From: Podarcis vaucheri
Taxonomy: Eukaryota
Strand: one strand, 5' to 3'
DNA length: 64,000 nt
NCBI GenBank assembly: GCA_965113315.1
Contig: OZ220363.1
This document shows positions 25,642 through 38,788 of this stretch, piece after piece (within the stretch, counting starts at the first letter, position 1; every line of letters starts with the position of its first letter). The position numbers were made by a program, and so were the translations under genes. The notes below the pieces were generated by a model. It had not been told where the DNA came from. It saw nothing but the letters and a program-made list of their open reading frames with translations, and searched no databases.

Positions 25642-26500
25642 CTGGTTAAAGCCCCAGTCCGGCGCAGCCCTTGAAGGTAGGTGTGTGGCTGGATGCTTCC
25701 TTTCGCCGAGGGGTCTGCATGGAGTCTGCTGCCTCCTTTATTCTGGGCCAGGATTAATAATCCCATTTGCCAATCCCACTCACTAGGGTTTGGTTGTGGG
25801 TTTGGTTTTTGTGTGTGTGTGTGGTTTGTTGTTGTTTTTTAATTTGGTGAAGATATTCACGAAACCTTCCCTTCTACCCCCCCCCTTTCCTCCTTTCTGA
25901 CGCGTAAAGCTTTAACCACAAAGCAAAGCCCAGTCCCAGAGGGTGGGAGTATGTGGGGGGGCATGGGGGGGAGGAGGAGAGGCACCGCAGATTGGCTCCT
26001 CTCCCCTACAAAGAGACAAGGCGAGGTGAGTGTGTGAAGCCACCCTGTCTCGGGCTGAAATGCCAGATTTGGAAAAGGGAGGTGGAGGGAGATGTGGGGG
26101 GGGGGAGGAAGATGGGGGGGAAGGGGTGGGGATAGACGGGAGAAACTGACCCATTCTCTTTCTCCACTTCTTTCGCCTTTCCTCATGCTTCCCGTTCTGA
26201 CTCCCTGCAGTACTTGCCTGTCTAAGAATCCCCTTGGCCCAGACTTTTGGCCCGGTCTGCAGCAGGCTTTTTGACATCCGCGCCCCAGCCAAGTGCCAGG
26301 CAACTGGGGCCAGCGGCTGCCTTCCCACTGCCCTTTTGCAGGAAACAAAACACAATGTCTTGCCAGTGGGTTGTTGTCGGATGCTTGTCCCATTCTCACA
26401 ATCGGAGTGGTGGCGTTTAGTCACCAGCAGGTGACTAAACCTCCAGGCGACAGATGTCATGAAAGGCTGATGTAGGAGTGAGTACCGAGAGATAGTTTGC
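25642..26500 (-). promoter_or_regulatory. CLCF1: CLCF1 5'UTR and proximal promoter
   Basis: Minus strand ATTGGCAAATGGGATTATTAAT (CCAAT/NFI-like plus TATA-like, 25753-25774), about 115 nt upstream of the ATG. G/C-rich tracts lie upstream. Confidence 0.6.
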
Positions 26501-28820
26501 TCAGCAGGCAGGCAGTCAAGGGCATTGGTAAGGGGGCCTTTTGTCTCTTTCTCTTCGCCCAGAAAAAAAAAACACCATACACATTTGTCTCTCATTCATC
26601 CCAGTGTTCTTCCTTCCGTTCCTTTGTGTGTTTGTGTGTAATATATACATATATAGGTTCTGATCGTAATTCATTAATCAGCAAAAGACTTGTCAGTCCT
26701 ATTTCAACACAAGGCTTGTGACTCAGCACTCTGCTTTCCAACTTTAGGGGCAACCTCCCTTACGCTGAATGGACTCATTGGAAAGGGGCTCTAATGAGGA
26801 AACAGGGGAGGCTGCAAAAGCGTTCAGGGGGTTGTTTGAAGGGGGGCATTAGGTTTGCTGCAGAGGAAGTATTCCTTTAAAAATAGCTATGCAAGTGATA
26901 TGTATGAGAATGGAAACATTAATACTGAAGTGATAGCAGCACCCTACTTAATGAAAGATAATGTTGTATCTCTCATAGAACCCTTACAACTTAGCATAGC
27001 TTTTCCCACCCCACCAGTTCTGAGCACTGGTTTGGTTGTTCATATTTGTCCACTTAGTATACACTGATATGTCCCATTCATCAGGGTTTGCACACATGTA
27101 ACCATGCAAGCAAGCAATTTTTTCGACAGGCCCCAGTTCTGCAGACCTTGCAGATGCAACATCTCCGTTAGCAAATTGTCAGCATAAGTGGTTCTGATCC
27201 AGCAAACCTCCACTGCATTAGTTTGGGTGTTTGCATTCCGTCCCTTCTGCTACCCAGTTGCTGAGCTCTGGGATCGGTGTAGAGGTTGTTTTTTGTTGGG
27301 GCTTTTGAGCTGCGTTGAAATGTATTTTCCCCCACCCCATGTTGCTTAAAAAAGTTATCTGACAAAAGAAATTCTCTCTTTGAATTTAAATGGCTAAGAA
27401 ATTGTTTATTTTCAATTACCCTTTCTTTGATTAGGACTGACTTTGCTGATGGGAGTCTTTCTAACTAGATGAGGACTTTGGAAATAAACTTCACATTTAA
27501 AATAAACTATCAAATGTTATTAAAGCTGGCATGTCAGGTATATAGCAAAAATGAAGGGAAAAAGGAACCAAAGCTTGTTTATTCACATTACTAAATATTT
27601 ACATATTTTGCAAACAAGAAAAGCAAGGGAGAGAAGGGCTTTGTGCTGTACAAGGAAATCCAATCACTTCATCCAAAATTAATTGCGTTCGTGAATATAT
27701 ATGTTTTTTCATTGTTAAAACCTGACTCGTTATTTACATGGAAAAACTATTATGGGGCTTTGAACTTTAGGAAAGAGGGGTTGGGGGACGTATTCCTTTT
27801 TTCCCCTTGCAGGCTTTCGCGCAGTGCTTTGTGTAAAAACAAAGGCACTCACAGACACAACTAATTTTAGCATTTCCAGCCCTCCAAGAGCCTTGTGCCT
27901 CCAAAAGGTGAAATTTAGCATTTTTCTCAAATGTAGTTTGAACCACTCAGCATTTTAAGTCTTATAAAATGTTTTAAGCTGTGAATTCATGTACTTTCCA
28001 TTCTTTATTTAAAGTAACTATTCACTTAACTGTTTCACACACCCATTTATTTCTTAGTCATTGGAGATTTATGTACCTCCAATAGGGCCAAGGTGAACTG
28101 ATATTTCTTTTGTGTACAGAATAAATAAATCTAAGGTAAGCAGCAGCAGTCCAATTTATATATTTACAAGAAACTGAGTCCTGCACAAAGCGCTGCCTTT
28201 TCTTTTTGTCTAGACACAAGTTTACATGTTTGTAAAATGCGTAGAAGTTTTCAGGCACATCGCTGCCTAGTCCTTGTTCCATGCTGTGTTTTCTTGAGCC
28301 TGCTGCAAAAGAGTGCAGAATTAGTTGAAATGGGCTTTGAGGGTTGTATGAGGGAAGGTGCAGTATGGGACCCAGAAAGGCATGTCCCAAACTGTGAGTT
28401 TTTGGTTCTTGAGCTAAAGAAGAGAGATGCTTCTATTTGAAGATAAATTTCTTTTCTAGCAGATAAACTCTGAACCTTGAACTTCCAGATTTTATTTTAT
28501 TTTTATTTTATTTACAAAGGGGCATTTGGGAAGCTTGGAGCGTAAAAGACACCCATCATGTGCCAAGGACGTGTGAAAAATATGTGACCTGTGTTTTGTC
28601 CTGTATTAAAAATGCTCTAGAGCAACAGCCAGCCCTTGAAATCAGAAGGATCCTGTAAAACAAATTGTGACTGCCAGTCTTAGCTAGAACTGACCACATG
28701 CCGTGAAAATGCTAATATGCAGTAGCAGCCAAGGAAATTTCAAAAAAGGTTTGAAAATTAATAGTGAAGGGGTTCACAGCATGCTTGTTTCCCAGTACAC
28801 ATAAGCATATTCCTTTACAA

Positions 28821-28959
28821 CAGGGCTGGGAGACTCTGTGGTCCTTCAGATGTTGCTGGACTACAACTCTCATCATCCTTAGCCATTGGCCATGCTGGCT
28901 GGGGCTGGTGGGAGTTGGAGTCCAGCAGCATCTGGAGGGCCATAGGTCCCCCAGCCCTA
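28821..28959. mobile_element. ~135-bp palindromic MITE copy
   Basis: CAGGGCTGGG...CCCAGCCCTA, with internal CAGATGTTGCTGGACT / AGTCCAGCAGCATCTG inverted repeat. Confidence 0.8.
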
Positions 28960-29360
28960 CTTTGACAATAGAGTTTTTTCACATTCCATGAAACATGGTG
29001 GAATAGAGACCCGGATCTAGATCACAGTTCATCAGCTTCCCGTCCTGGATAAGCAGTAGTTGGGTCCAGAAATGTAGACGAGAGGCATGGCCGAAGCACA
29101 CAGTGGGAATTTACAGGCTGAAAGAGCAGCAGCTGTGTCATACCACCAGTATATAAAACTTGTGAAGACTATTTGCATCCTTTGGGTCGTTATGGGTTAT
29201 GTGAGTTGTAATTTGGTACATCAGAACCTGGGGCAGAGCCACTCTGAATAGGAGAAAGGGCACACGTACCTTAAGAGATTTGCATTCCAGATTAACAGCC
29301 AGGCCTGTTTGGTAACTGCAGCTGACCCAAAGTGCACATTATTTTGCCTTACAAGACTAA

Positions 29361-29622
29361 GGGCTCATCCACATTTTGCTTATCCCGGGTCTGAGTGGTT
29401 TTCTGCTTGTCTCGTGCTTTCTAGGCACGGCACGGGGTCTGAGCAGTTTACCGTTTGCCCCTTTGCTTTCCCCAGGAACACCAGCTCTTTACAGCTGAAT
29501 TGGAGCAAATGTCAGTCCTTGGGAAACCTAATGGGCATTTACTCTGATTCGGTGATAAAGAGAGGGTTTCCCCCCCCCCGGGGGGGGGGAGCAGTAGAAC
29601 AAGGGCAAGTGTGGATGAGCCC
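29361..29622. mobile_element. PIF/Harbinger-type MITE
   Basis: Perfect 13-bp terminal inverted repeat GGGCTCATCCACA / TGTGGATGAGCCC flanked by TAA duplications. Confidence 0.8.
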
Positions 29623-32600
29623 TAACACATTTGACCGTAAGTACTAATTCTAACCATTGTGGAAGCCAAAAGACAAGGGGAGCCCCTTTTGCTCTCCAAA
29701 ATAATTCTTGCTTCTCACAGGCAGCTTCCTTCTTAAGGCTTAAAATAATACAAATTTCTCCTCTGCCAAAAGATGTATATTCAAGTGTTCCAGGAATTGT
29801 ACTTTAAAAAAGCAACCTAACCCTAATTGTGTGGTTGGGAAATACATATTAGTGTATATTTTGTGAGCTTTGTTCTCGTAAGTTTTCTTTTTCAGAACTA
29901 TTGGTGAGGAATGACATATACAGGACACTGAGAATGTGGGGGAGCACTGGCTGGAGTTTGAGGAGTTATACAGAATGAAGCTCCACTTCCTGGCCACTTT
30001 AACCCACCCACAGATTACCCTGGTTTTACAACAAATTCTGCCTTCACCTTTTAAGTGTCGTTCTACAACCGTGAGGTCTCAAAACATACTTTTTTAAAAG
30101 TGAGATTTTTAGGGTTCTGGCTGGAACACAGATGTTTCCCTGAAGCCAGAGCCGCTTCAGATGTTATAAAACTGGGGGAATAGACAGACAGGAAGCACAA
30201 GAGTGATGCTTTTTTCGCTCCTGCAGTTCTCTGTTGTCATCTCAAATAGAACCTTTAAATTTCACCCTCTTGGGGAGTTGCAGAAATGCCCACGGTTCCA
30301 TTTCAGCTTATTCATTTCATTGCAGCAAGTGTGCATGTGTGAAAAGTCTACTTTGGATAATATGGGGGGGGGACAGGACATTAGGAAGCAGGCACGTAAA
30401 CCCCAACCGTAGAAGCCTCTCTATGTTATGTAGATGGTTATATGCCTTGACAAAAGGACTACTGCAGCATTGTCAGTGTGCTCTTTAGTTGATATATGCT
30501 CTCTGGCTAATTAATGTAGAATAAATACCATCCTTGCTTGTTGTTTTTTATTATCCCAGCCATTAAAAAGACTGATCAAGATTGCTTCATGTGGCAACTC
30601 TTAAAAGATTTGAAAAACAAGCTTGAGTAAAGATAAAGTGCTTTAACGCTTTGCCTTTCTGCATTAAGTGATCTTGTGAATGTCTTGTTAGGTCTGCTAA
30701 ATTGATCCAGCTTGGATCTGACAGCCAGATACATATAAATTCTGTTCGCTCTTTGCCTTTGCCTCAGGCAGTCTTCCATCTCCTCAGCATTCCTGGACCA
30801 CATTCACACAGTTACTTTAACCAGCCATTTGCTGTGCTTAATGCTCCCTAACTCCTGTATTATTCACACTGTGAACGCAGCAGTAGGAAGAGTACGGATC
30901 CCACTTTTAATACCATAATTCTTGTTCCTTACATCTGCAGGAATATTGTGGAAATAAAACCTTCTTTCCCCCCTTTCCAGGGTGCCTCTTGACAACTGCA
31001 GAAATTATAGCTTAATTGCCCTCTAGGAAGTAGAGTTAAGAGGAATTCTGGGATACCTGCACATGACATCACTGAATGGGATCTCCTGGGGCATTAGGTA
31101 GTCTATTGCTTAAAATGCATATTAATTGTACAGAAATCAAAGTACGGTTTTTAGAACTCAGAAGTACCTAACGTTGCTTTTGTGGTACTCTTGTAAATGC
31201 CAGCAAAAGCAGTTCCGACTCTCTTTCCTCCCACAGCAATGAATTGTGGCCGACTCCAGTTTGCATGTCCAAGCACCTCTTTAATGAGGAGGTGATCAGT
31301 TAAAGGCTTTCTTCTCTTTTCAATCTCCATTAAATAACCACCAAGCATCCTGCCATCTTGCATCCTGCCATCTTCAGCGCTTTCGTGAACTCCTTTCTAT
31401 TCCTTCCCGCTGCCCATTTTTAAAATCTCTTCAGCCATTTTCCTGAAGTATTGGTACTTCGTGCCATGGAATGCACTTTGCCTCCTTACCAGAAAAGTGA
31501 GATATCCTCATTTCAGATTGAGATGTAGGTCAGAAAGGGACTTGCCCAAATCTGCCAGGGACGTGTCAGAGTGAAGATTTGAGCCCACATTCCCCATATG
31601 TCAGGCGGGTGCTCTGGCCTTTTGAGATGTCCTTCCAGAGAGCAGCAGGAAGTCCCTCAGTCCCACAGCCACCCTTCTGATCACTCCTAGCAGATCAGAG
31701 ATTCTTCCATGGACTGTTAGAGTTTTGGAAGTTTTGAAGGCTTCTTCTTCTCTGGCCTTCTCATGAAGAAGTCAGCCTCTGCGGATCATGTCCTTGCTCG
31801 ACACGTAGCCCAATCCCTGGCATGAGGCCGAGCCATTCCTTACATGGAAGCATAGGGTACCACCTGGTTCACAAAGTCCTGGCAGGCTTCCTAGCTCTAC
31901 CATTGGCAGCCCTGCCTCTCTCACCTCCCTCCCCCCACCCTGCTGCATCGCAGGAAGCACTGTGGGTGGTTTTGAGCTCACCAGAGAGGGGTGAGTCCTT
32001 CCCCCAATCTCTAGAGGCGCCAGCACTAGCCAAACCTCCCACTGCCAATGTTTGATTGAGCTCCTTCCCAGCCTCTCCCCCCCCCCACTTCCCCAATAGC
32101 TATTCTTATTGAGTGTTTTGTTGTTGTTTTGGCAAGGTTTAAATAAGGGCAGTGGGACAGGAGAATCATATAACATTTCTGGCTCTTCCGTCAGCCTGCA
32201 GTGATATCACTAGGAAGATCCCACAGGCATCAGGCTGAAATCCTAGCTGTTAGTACTGTAAACCAGCCTCCCCCAACCCGGTGCCCTCCAGATGTTTTGG
32301 ACTACAACTCCCATCAGCCTGTGCCTGATGCTCTCCAGCACACACAGGCTGTGGCTGATGGGAGTTTTAGTCTGAAATGTCTGGGGAGCTCCGGGTTGGC
32401 GAAGGTTGCTGCAAACCCTAGCAGTGGCTGCTGGTTCTATTCTCCATGCTATAAATATATGCTGATGTCACAGAAAGATGCTGCTCTCTTCTCTTCCAGC
32501 CCTTTCCCTCTTGCCTCTCATTCATTCCTTGCTCCCGCTCCACCACATGCCTGTGCTGCCTTCCCACAGCTGCTCTTTTCAAGTTCATAACCCTCTCGCT

Positions 32601-32932
32601 CGAGGTTCCCCTCTTACCTGTTTCCTATCCATCCACTAAAGGGATTGGCAAAGGAGTTGACTCTGTGACAGGGAAATGACGTCATGGGATTTTATAAGCT
32701 GACATTCCAAAGTGATTAATGGGGTTGGGTGCTCCACGGACTTATCATTTCATGTTCTTTTGGCAATCCTGGACAGGAACCACCATTGGTCACATTTGTG
32801 ATGTGCTGGGAGCTTTGCTCTACCTACAGCCACAAGTAAAATCAATACGGTGAATGCTAAAAAGAAACAAGATAATATACCTTTGTCATGGCGTTAAGAC
32901 TTTTACTTATAACACACAGTGAGCACTAGGAT

Positions 32933-33117
32933 CATAGGAAGCTGCCTTATACAAAGTCAGACCATTGGCTCATTCAGTTCAGTTCTGTCAACACAGACCA
33001 GCAGTAGGTCTCCGGGATTTCATGCAGGAGTCTCTCCCAGCCGTACCTGGAGATAACCAGGGATTGAACATGGGACCTTTCGTATGCAAACCATGTGCTA
33101 TACCACTGAGCTATGGC
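32933..33117 (-). mobile_element. tRNA-derived squamate SINE (Squam3-like)
   Basis: Minus strand GCCATAGCTCAGTGGTATAGCACATGGTTTGCATACGAAAGGTCCCATGTTCAATCCCTGG tRNA head, plus a CR1-like tail. Confidence 0.8.
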
Positions 33118-33699
33118 ACTCAATGTTAAATGAACCAGAGGGGAAACGGCATGCTCCATTGCGGAGTGGGACCTGAGGCACAGTAGTAGCATCTCATCAG
33201 TGTCTGCAAGCCATAGAATAATGATGTGTTTGGCCCTACATACTCCTCATTCCCCGCCCAATGGCAGGCCCAAAAATGTGTTGTTGTTTTTCTGGCTTAA
33301 GGGTGTTTAGGTCCTAAATTGGGAGTCTGGAAAGACAATGTGCTATACAGATGGAAAGCAGCATTAGGTACTTATGTGAGAGTTACATGTAAATGTTATT
33401 GGCCTTTCTGTAGCAACATTATTACTCCATGTAAATATTATCAAAGCGATGGAAGTTTGGGGAGTTTCTTTACGGCTAAGAGTGAAAACCTTTGTTTTCA
33501 GTGAGATTTCTCCTGTCACCCAAATACAACAATAACATGTTTCAGGTTAAGATAAGACATTTCAGAGAGATATATCTACATTGGTCTCTTGCAGCAAAAA
33601 CAAGTAAGAGTCTTGTGGCACTTTGGGGACTAACAAATGGTCTAAGCTTTGTGGACTAAAAATAAGTTTGTGTACAGTTTTTCATTTTGTGTGTTGTTG

Positions 33700-34105
33700 T
33701 TTTTTTAAAGTTGAGTAGTAGTTTAAGATGGATTAGAAAATGTTTTTCTAACTCATAATACTATAACTCAGGGACATCTGTTAAAGCTGAATATTCGAAG
33801 ATTCAGGAAGGACAAAATAAAATCTGTCTTAGTTAAATTATAAAATTTGCTCCCACGAGATGTTGTGATGGACACCAATTTAGATGGGCAAACTCATGAA
33901 GGCTAAAGCTATCAATGGCTTCTAGCTTTGATGGCTGTGTACTGCTTTCAGTATTAGAAGCAGTATTGCTTTGAAATACCTGTTTCTGGGGAGCACCAGT
34001 GAGGAAAGTACTGTTCTACTTAAATCCTGCTTGTGGACTTCCCGTGGGCATATGGTTGGCCACTGTGAGAATAGGATGCTGAACTTTTGGCTCGTTCCCG
34101 TTCTT
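33700..34105 (+). mobile_element. CR1 LINE 3' fragment
   Basis: GGAAGATTCAGGA-like, GATGTTGTGATGG and GCTATCAATGGCT motifs of the squamate CR1 3' end and UTR. Confidence 0.65.
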
Positions 34106-35039
34106 ATAAGAGGCAGGGGATCAGTTACAGGATCATCTTAAAGCACAACTAGCCATGCATCCCCATCTTGTCCGTTAAAATCTCTTCATCGGTACCTCTG
34201 CAATCTCCGAACAAGTTCTGAAAACCCCTTTAGCTCTGACCTGCTTGCCAGAAAATTTCCCTTTTCAGCTACTGCTGCTTACTCTCCTCTGTGAGAACAG
34301 GATGCTGGCTTAAATGCGCATTTGGCCTGATCCAGCAGGGCTCTTCTTGTGTTCTTAAGCTAAAAGGAATCTGGGAGAAACACAGGTAATGTGACAATAA
34401 TTTTCATAACATATGCACAAAAGTGCCATCATATTCATGTATCCCATCTGAAGCAGATTTAGGTAAGCCTTTTAAAAAACAAAAACCTTAGGCTGCTGCA
34501 TTTTGTTTTGTTTTTTAAACCAATGACTATTTGAGGAGAAAGGGGTTTTGTCAGTAGTCGTTCACTCCATGTTGGTAACTTCCCTATTTCAGTGTTACTC
34601 TCATCACTCATTTTATAGCCCTTGGCTCTGTTTACAGCAACCGTTAAATGCTGCCCTAACTAGAGAATTACTCATTCCCCCACAGGGTGTCCTACATCAC
34701 TCCTTCCTTTATCAACAAGTGTCATTTATCTTCACAACATCTCATCTTGATTAGCTAATACGCTATAATGATGAAAATGCTCCTTTAATTTGGGGTCCCC
34801 TCCTTAAGATTCATGCCCTGATTAGTAGTAGTTCTTACACAGCATTGTCTTGTGTTCAGCACTTGGAATTCCCTTACTACACCCTAGGATCTCAAACAGT
34901 GGAGCAAATGTCTTCGGGATTTATGCAGGAAGCCTGTGGAGAGGAGGGCAAGAGTTCCCTCACTACTTACATACACAGATGCACAACCTTTAACATTCTT
35001 GTGTCCCATTTTGCAGACCCTCCTTTGTAGTTTTCTATA

Positions 35040-35615
35040 CAATAGTACCCAGGGACGCGGACTTATAAAAAATATTGGGGGGGCCCGGGAAAGCTCATGA
35101 ATAATAAATAAGCTCATGAATATGCAAATAAAGTGGCGCCGCCTCCTCGTGAGCGAATAGGGGAGAGCGTGCTGCGCCTATTAATCAGCTCCGGAGCGGA
35201 AATTGGGTGGAGCTTTTGCTCGGGAGGGAGGGCAGGAGGCATGCAGCCCGACCCTGTGCATTTTGGGCTGGGGGAGGGGCGGCGATGGCGCTCTGCTGGA
35301 GGGGCGCTGGAGATTATTGGGGGGCAGAGCCCCCCCAAACGAATTTTTGAGGGGGCTCGGGCCCCCTCAAGCCCCATGGAGTCGGCGCCTATGATAGTAC
35401 CTCAGTTTTCAAGAACAGTCCTGTTTAAGAAAGAGTCGGCTTACGAACTCTGCAAAACTGGAAATAGTGTCTCGGTTGGCAAACTTTACCTCGGTCTAAG
35501 AACGGAATCCGAACAGTGGAAGGGCACTGGTGGTGGGAGGCCTCATTAGGGAAACGGTTTTGGTTTAAGAACGGACTTCCAGAACGGATTAAGTTCATAA
35601 ACCGAGGTACCACTG
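35040..35615. mobile_element. Tc1/mariner (pogo/Tigger-like) MITE, interrupted
   Basis: Reconstructed ends ta|CAATAGTACCTC...GAGGTACCACTG|ta. Confidence 0.75.
35050..35393. mobile_element. hAT-type MITE nested in the left terminal repeat of a Tc1/mariner MITE
   Basis: Imperfect terminal repeats CAGGGACGCGGACT / AGTCGGCGCCTATG; 8-bp TSD ATAGTACC at 35042-35049 and 35394-35401. Confidence 0.75.
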
Positions 35616-38600
35616 TATGTACATTTGTGTGCCCAAGGATTCCTGTGAACAAGTTGTGAGCAAACTGTTGCTAAACTTGCTCGGAACCTTGCACGTCTTA
35701 ACATATAAAGCGTCTGTGAGCCCTGAGTTACGCATTCTGAACATCAGTGGGGAACAAACAGTTAGTCATCACAAAACTTCGCAGTCGTGTGGGTTACGCA
35801 CCTAGCAAGATAATTTGACTAGTCTTTCATGTCAACTATGGCCAAGGCAAGTTCCGTTTTGCATACAAGCAAGGCGGGTGTTCTTAAAAGGTAACAGCCT
35901 CAGCTCCTGCAACAAAAAAGTATTTGCTCTACATCATGGAAAAGCTAGCATGAAATTACATAACAAGAACTAGGTGTGTGCAGACACACCTCAAAACAGG
36001 AGTGGGCGGGTGCATTTTTATCTCCTGCCAGGCTTACTTCCACATTCATCTTGCAATTTAGGATGTGTTTGCTTCCTTTTCCAGTGCTGATTTAGGCTTC
36101 ATGTCCTCCTCTTTCTCCCCCCACCCCCAATGTTAGCAGGGCTGTCCTTTTTATGTTTTAAAGAACAACTTGTACGGTTATGCAATTAAAAGCTCACTTC
36201 GTGCTTAAAATAAATAAATGAAAATCTGCTCTCATGAAAGGTGGTTGTTTCTTGGTGATAACATAGATACTAGCCTATCAGCCCCAGCCACAAAACACTT
36301 CTAAAGGAAACTCCTTGGATCTTGAAGAAAGGCTTGTGTGCCTGATCAAAATGGTGTGAGTGCCCTTCTTTGGACTCCACTTGTTCTTAGGCACACCTGT
36401 TTACACCTGGCGTCATCTTAGTATATATTGAGAAAGAGACAGAGGTAAATTGCACCAAATCTCTGCCATCGCCATTGAAGGTCTGAGCTGGCAAACTTAT
36501 TTCAGAAGAAGGGTGCTTTTTATTAGATTTTTAAATGACCTTTTGTGAGATCATGGGGATTCACAACTGTTATTGGTTTGGCCCCAAAACAGTATTTCAG
36601 TTCTTTGAAAGGTGAATTTTAATCCCACTCTAGGAAGGCAGGTTCATTCCTCCAAAGAAGCCATAGCTCATTGGTAGAACACAGGGCATGTATCCCAGCT
36701 CACTGTCTGGCACAGCAGCTTCCAAGTTGCAGGCCTTGGAAAGCCCCAAGCCCTTGGACAGGCATTGCAGCAAGGTGAGCTGCTTGAGCCAATGGCATGA
36801 TGAGACTGTGGTGAAGCAGCCATGATATTTCTTCAGAATACTGTACATGTTGCTTGCAGCCGCTCATTTTATTATGCCATTGCAAAAACTCCCCAAAGTG
36901 GACTGAGCAACAGCACAGTAAGTGTGAAGAAAGTTGGATAGGGAACACATGCGTGACTGTTGAATCCACTACATGGATTCATCTGACCTACACAAATGCC
37001 AAATTAATCATGGAAATTAACATATAGGCGATTTTTCAATGGGTTTCTCAGTGTGATGGGAATCTAGAATTCCCTTTTGTATCCCAGGGTTGCTTCCATA
37101 CTAGAGTGCTGCCAAGGCATTCCTTTTCCATAGTTAATTGGAAGGCAGCAGAATTAAATTAGCAGTTCTACACAAGGATTATATTATCCAGCAGTGCCCT
37201 TCTCCATGGCCAAGATCTTGCTATAATGTTTACTTAGAATTAAAGGTTCCCAGCAACATTAATTATAAGTACAACCCTATGCTCAGATGCCCCATTGAGT
37301 CTGATGGAACTTCTCACATAAGTATTAGAGTTTTGCAATTCCTGTTTGAAGGTTTTGCTTGTTGCATGACTTTCTGAGGATTGGTAATAAATGACCCTTC
37401 AGTAGCCAAGTTCTGTTTCTGTATGGAGTGAGAAGCATTAATTACTTAAGCCATCATTTTTTTGCTTCCATATATGCAAAATACTATTTCAATTAAAGAT
37501 TGGGAGGGGAAGTATTTTAGTAACTCTTGTTACCTTCTAAACTCCTGAAATGGAAGAAGTAAAAGGAAATTTGGTGCTAATTGCCCATCTTCAATCAACA
37601 GGAAGCCATAAAACAGGTAGAACTTGCAAACAATTTTTTGTAATGAAAAGTACAGAAGCTCATTTTTTAAAAAACTGCCACATGTCATCCTCCCCCCGGC
37701 CATCCATGAACTGACAACAGAAAATACTGCAATGCAGTGAGCTAATAAAAGATGTATGGATGTTCCATAAAAAATCTAATGAAAAGGTTAAGTGGGGAAG
37801 TAGTCTCTGATCTGTGGTAGTTTTAGAACCTTATTCTATATAGTGACCATTGCTTTTTCCTTAATCTTGCATTCTTCTCATTGATCCTATCAACTTAGCA
37901 TATCAAAATATCATGTATTCCTACTGTGGCCAAAGAAATAAGACAGTGCCTTTATTAATCTATTTATTGTTACCCATGTGTTTTAACCTTTCTTGGAAAT
38001 AATTATACATACCAGACAAGATGTTGAATTCCTAGAGACCACTCGCTCCACTGGATATCATCTTCATTTATAATGTGCAATAGAGATGGAGAACTTGTGA
38101 CCTGCCCTCCAAGGTGTTGTGGGACTCACCCCCAGGCAGCGTGGCCAAAAAGATGGGAGTTGTAATCTATAGGAGGGCCACAGGCTCCCCATCCCTGATA
38201 TACAACGAGAATGGTAACCAACCTCCATAGAGACATTTTGGCAAAGGAGTTGCTGCAGTCTGTCCTAAGTTAATTGGGAATTGGTCAGTTGTGATGAAAC
38301 CAACATAAGGATAGGACAATGGCAGTACAGCATTTGCAACCAACCACTTATTTCAACTGGAAACAGCCATTAAAAAAAGGAACAGTTTTTCATCATGATG
38401 TGATCTGCCTACACAAACCTCTTCTTCACATTGCTGCCAGTCAGATTTTAGCTGACACTGTCTAGGATACAATTTGGATAAGACAGTTTCAGCCATCTTA
38501 GCCTAGTAACAACAGTACCTAGAATTTATAGGGTGTGTCTCAAGCACTTTACATCTCAACAGTTTTTACAGCCATCTGATAAAGCAGTTCAGTAGTACGA

Positions 38601-38769
38601 TATTGCTGAGGAAAGAGACACAATGGCTTACAACTTTGGGTGCGTGCTCCCCCTAAAAAAAAAGGTCAAGTTCCTCTTTTTCTAGGGAAAAAAAGCCCTG
38701 GATTCTACCCTTCACAGCCAGCAGGAGGAATCCTGCAAACAGCAAGATACTCCCTGCTTGTTGGCACTG

Positions 38770-38788
38770 CAGCACCCCCTGGCGGTCA
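38770..38788 (-). promoter_or_regulatory. CTCF motif
   Basis: Minus strand TGACCGCCAGGGGGTGCTG, close to the CTCF core consensus. Confidence 0.6.

Noticed and set aside
23600-26700. MALAT1/NEAT1-type triple helix plus tRNA-like element among the homopolymer tracts
   Set aside because: No paired U-rich motifs with an A-rich tract followed by a mascRNA-like cloverleaf were found
32933-33117. Functional tRNA gene
   Set aside because: The tRNA-like head runs into a SINE body and tail; similar decayed heads occur near 36660 and 62060
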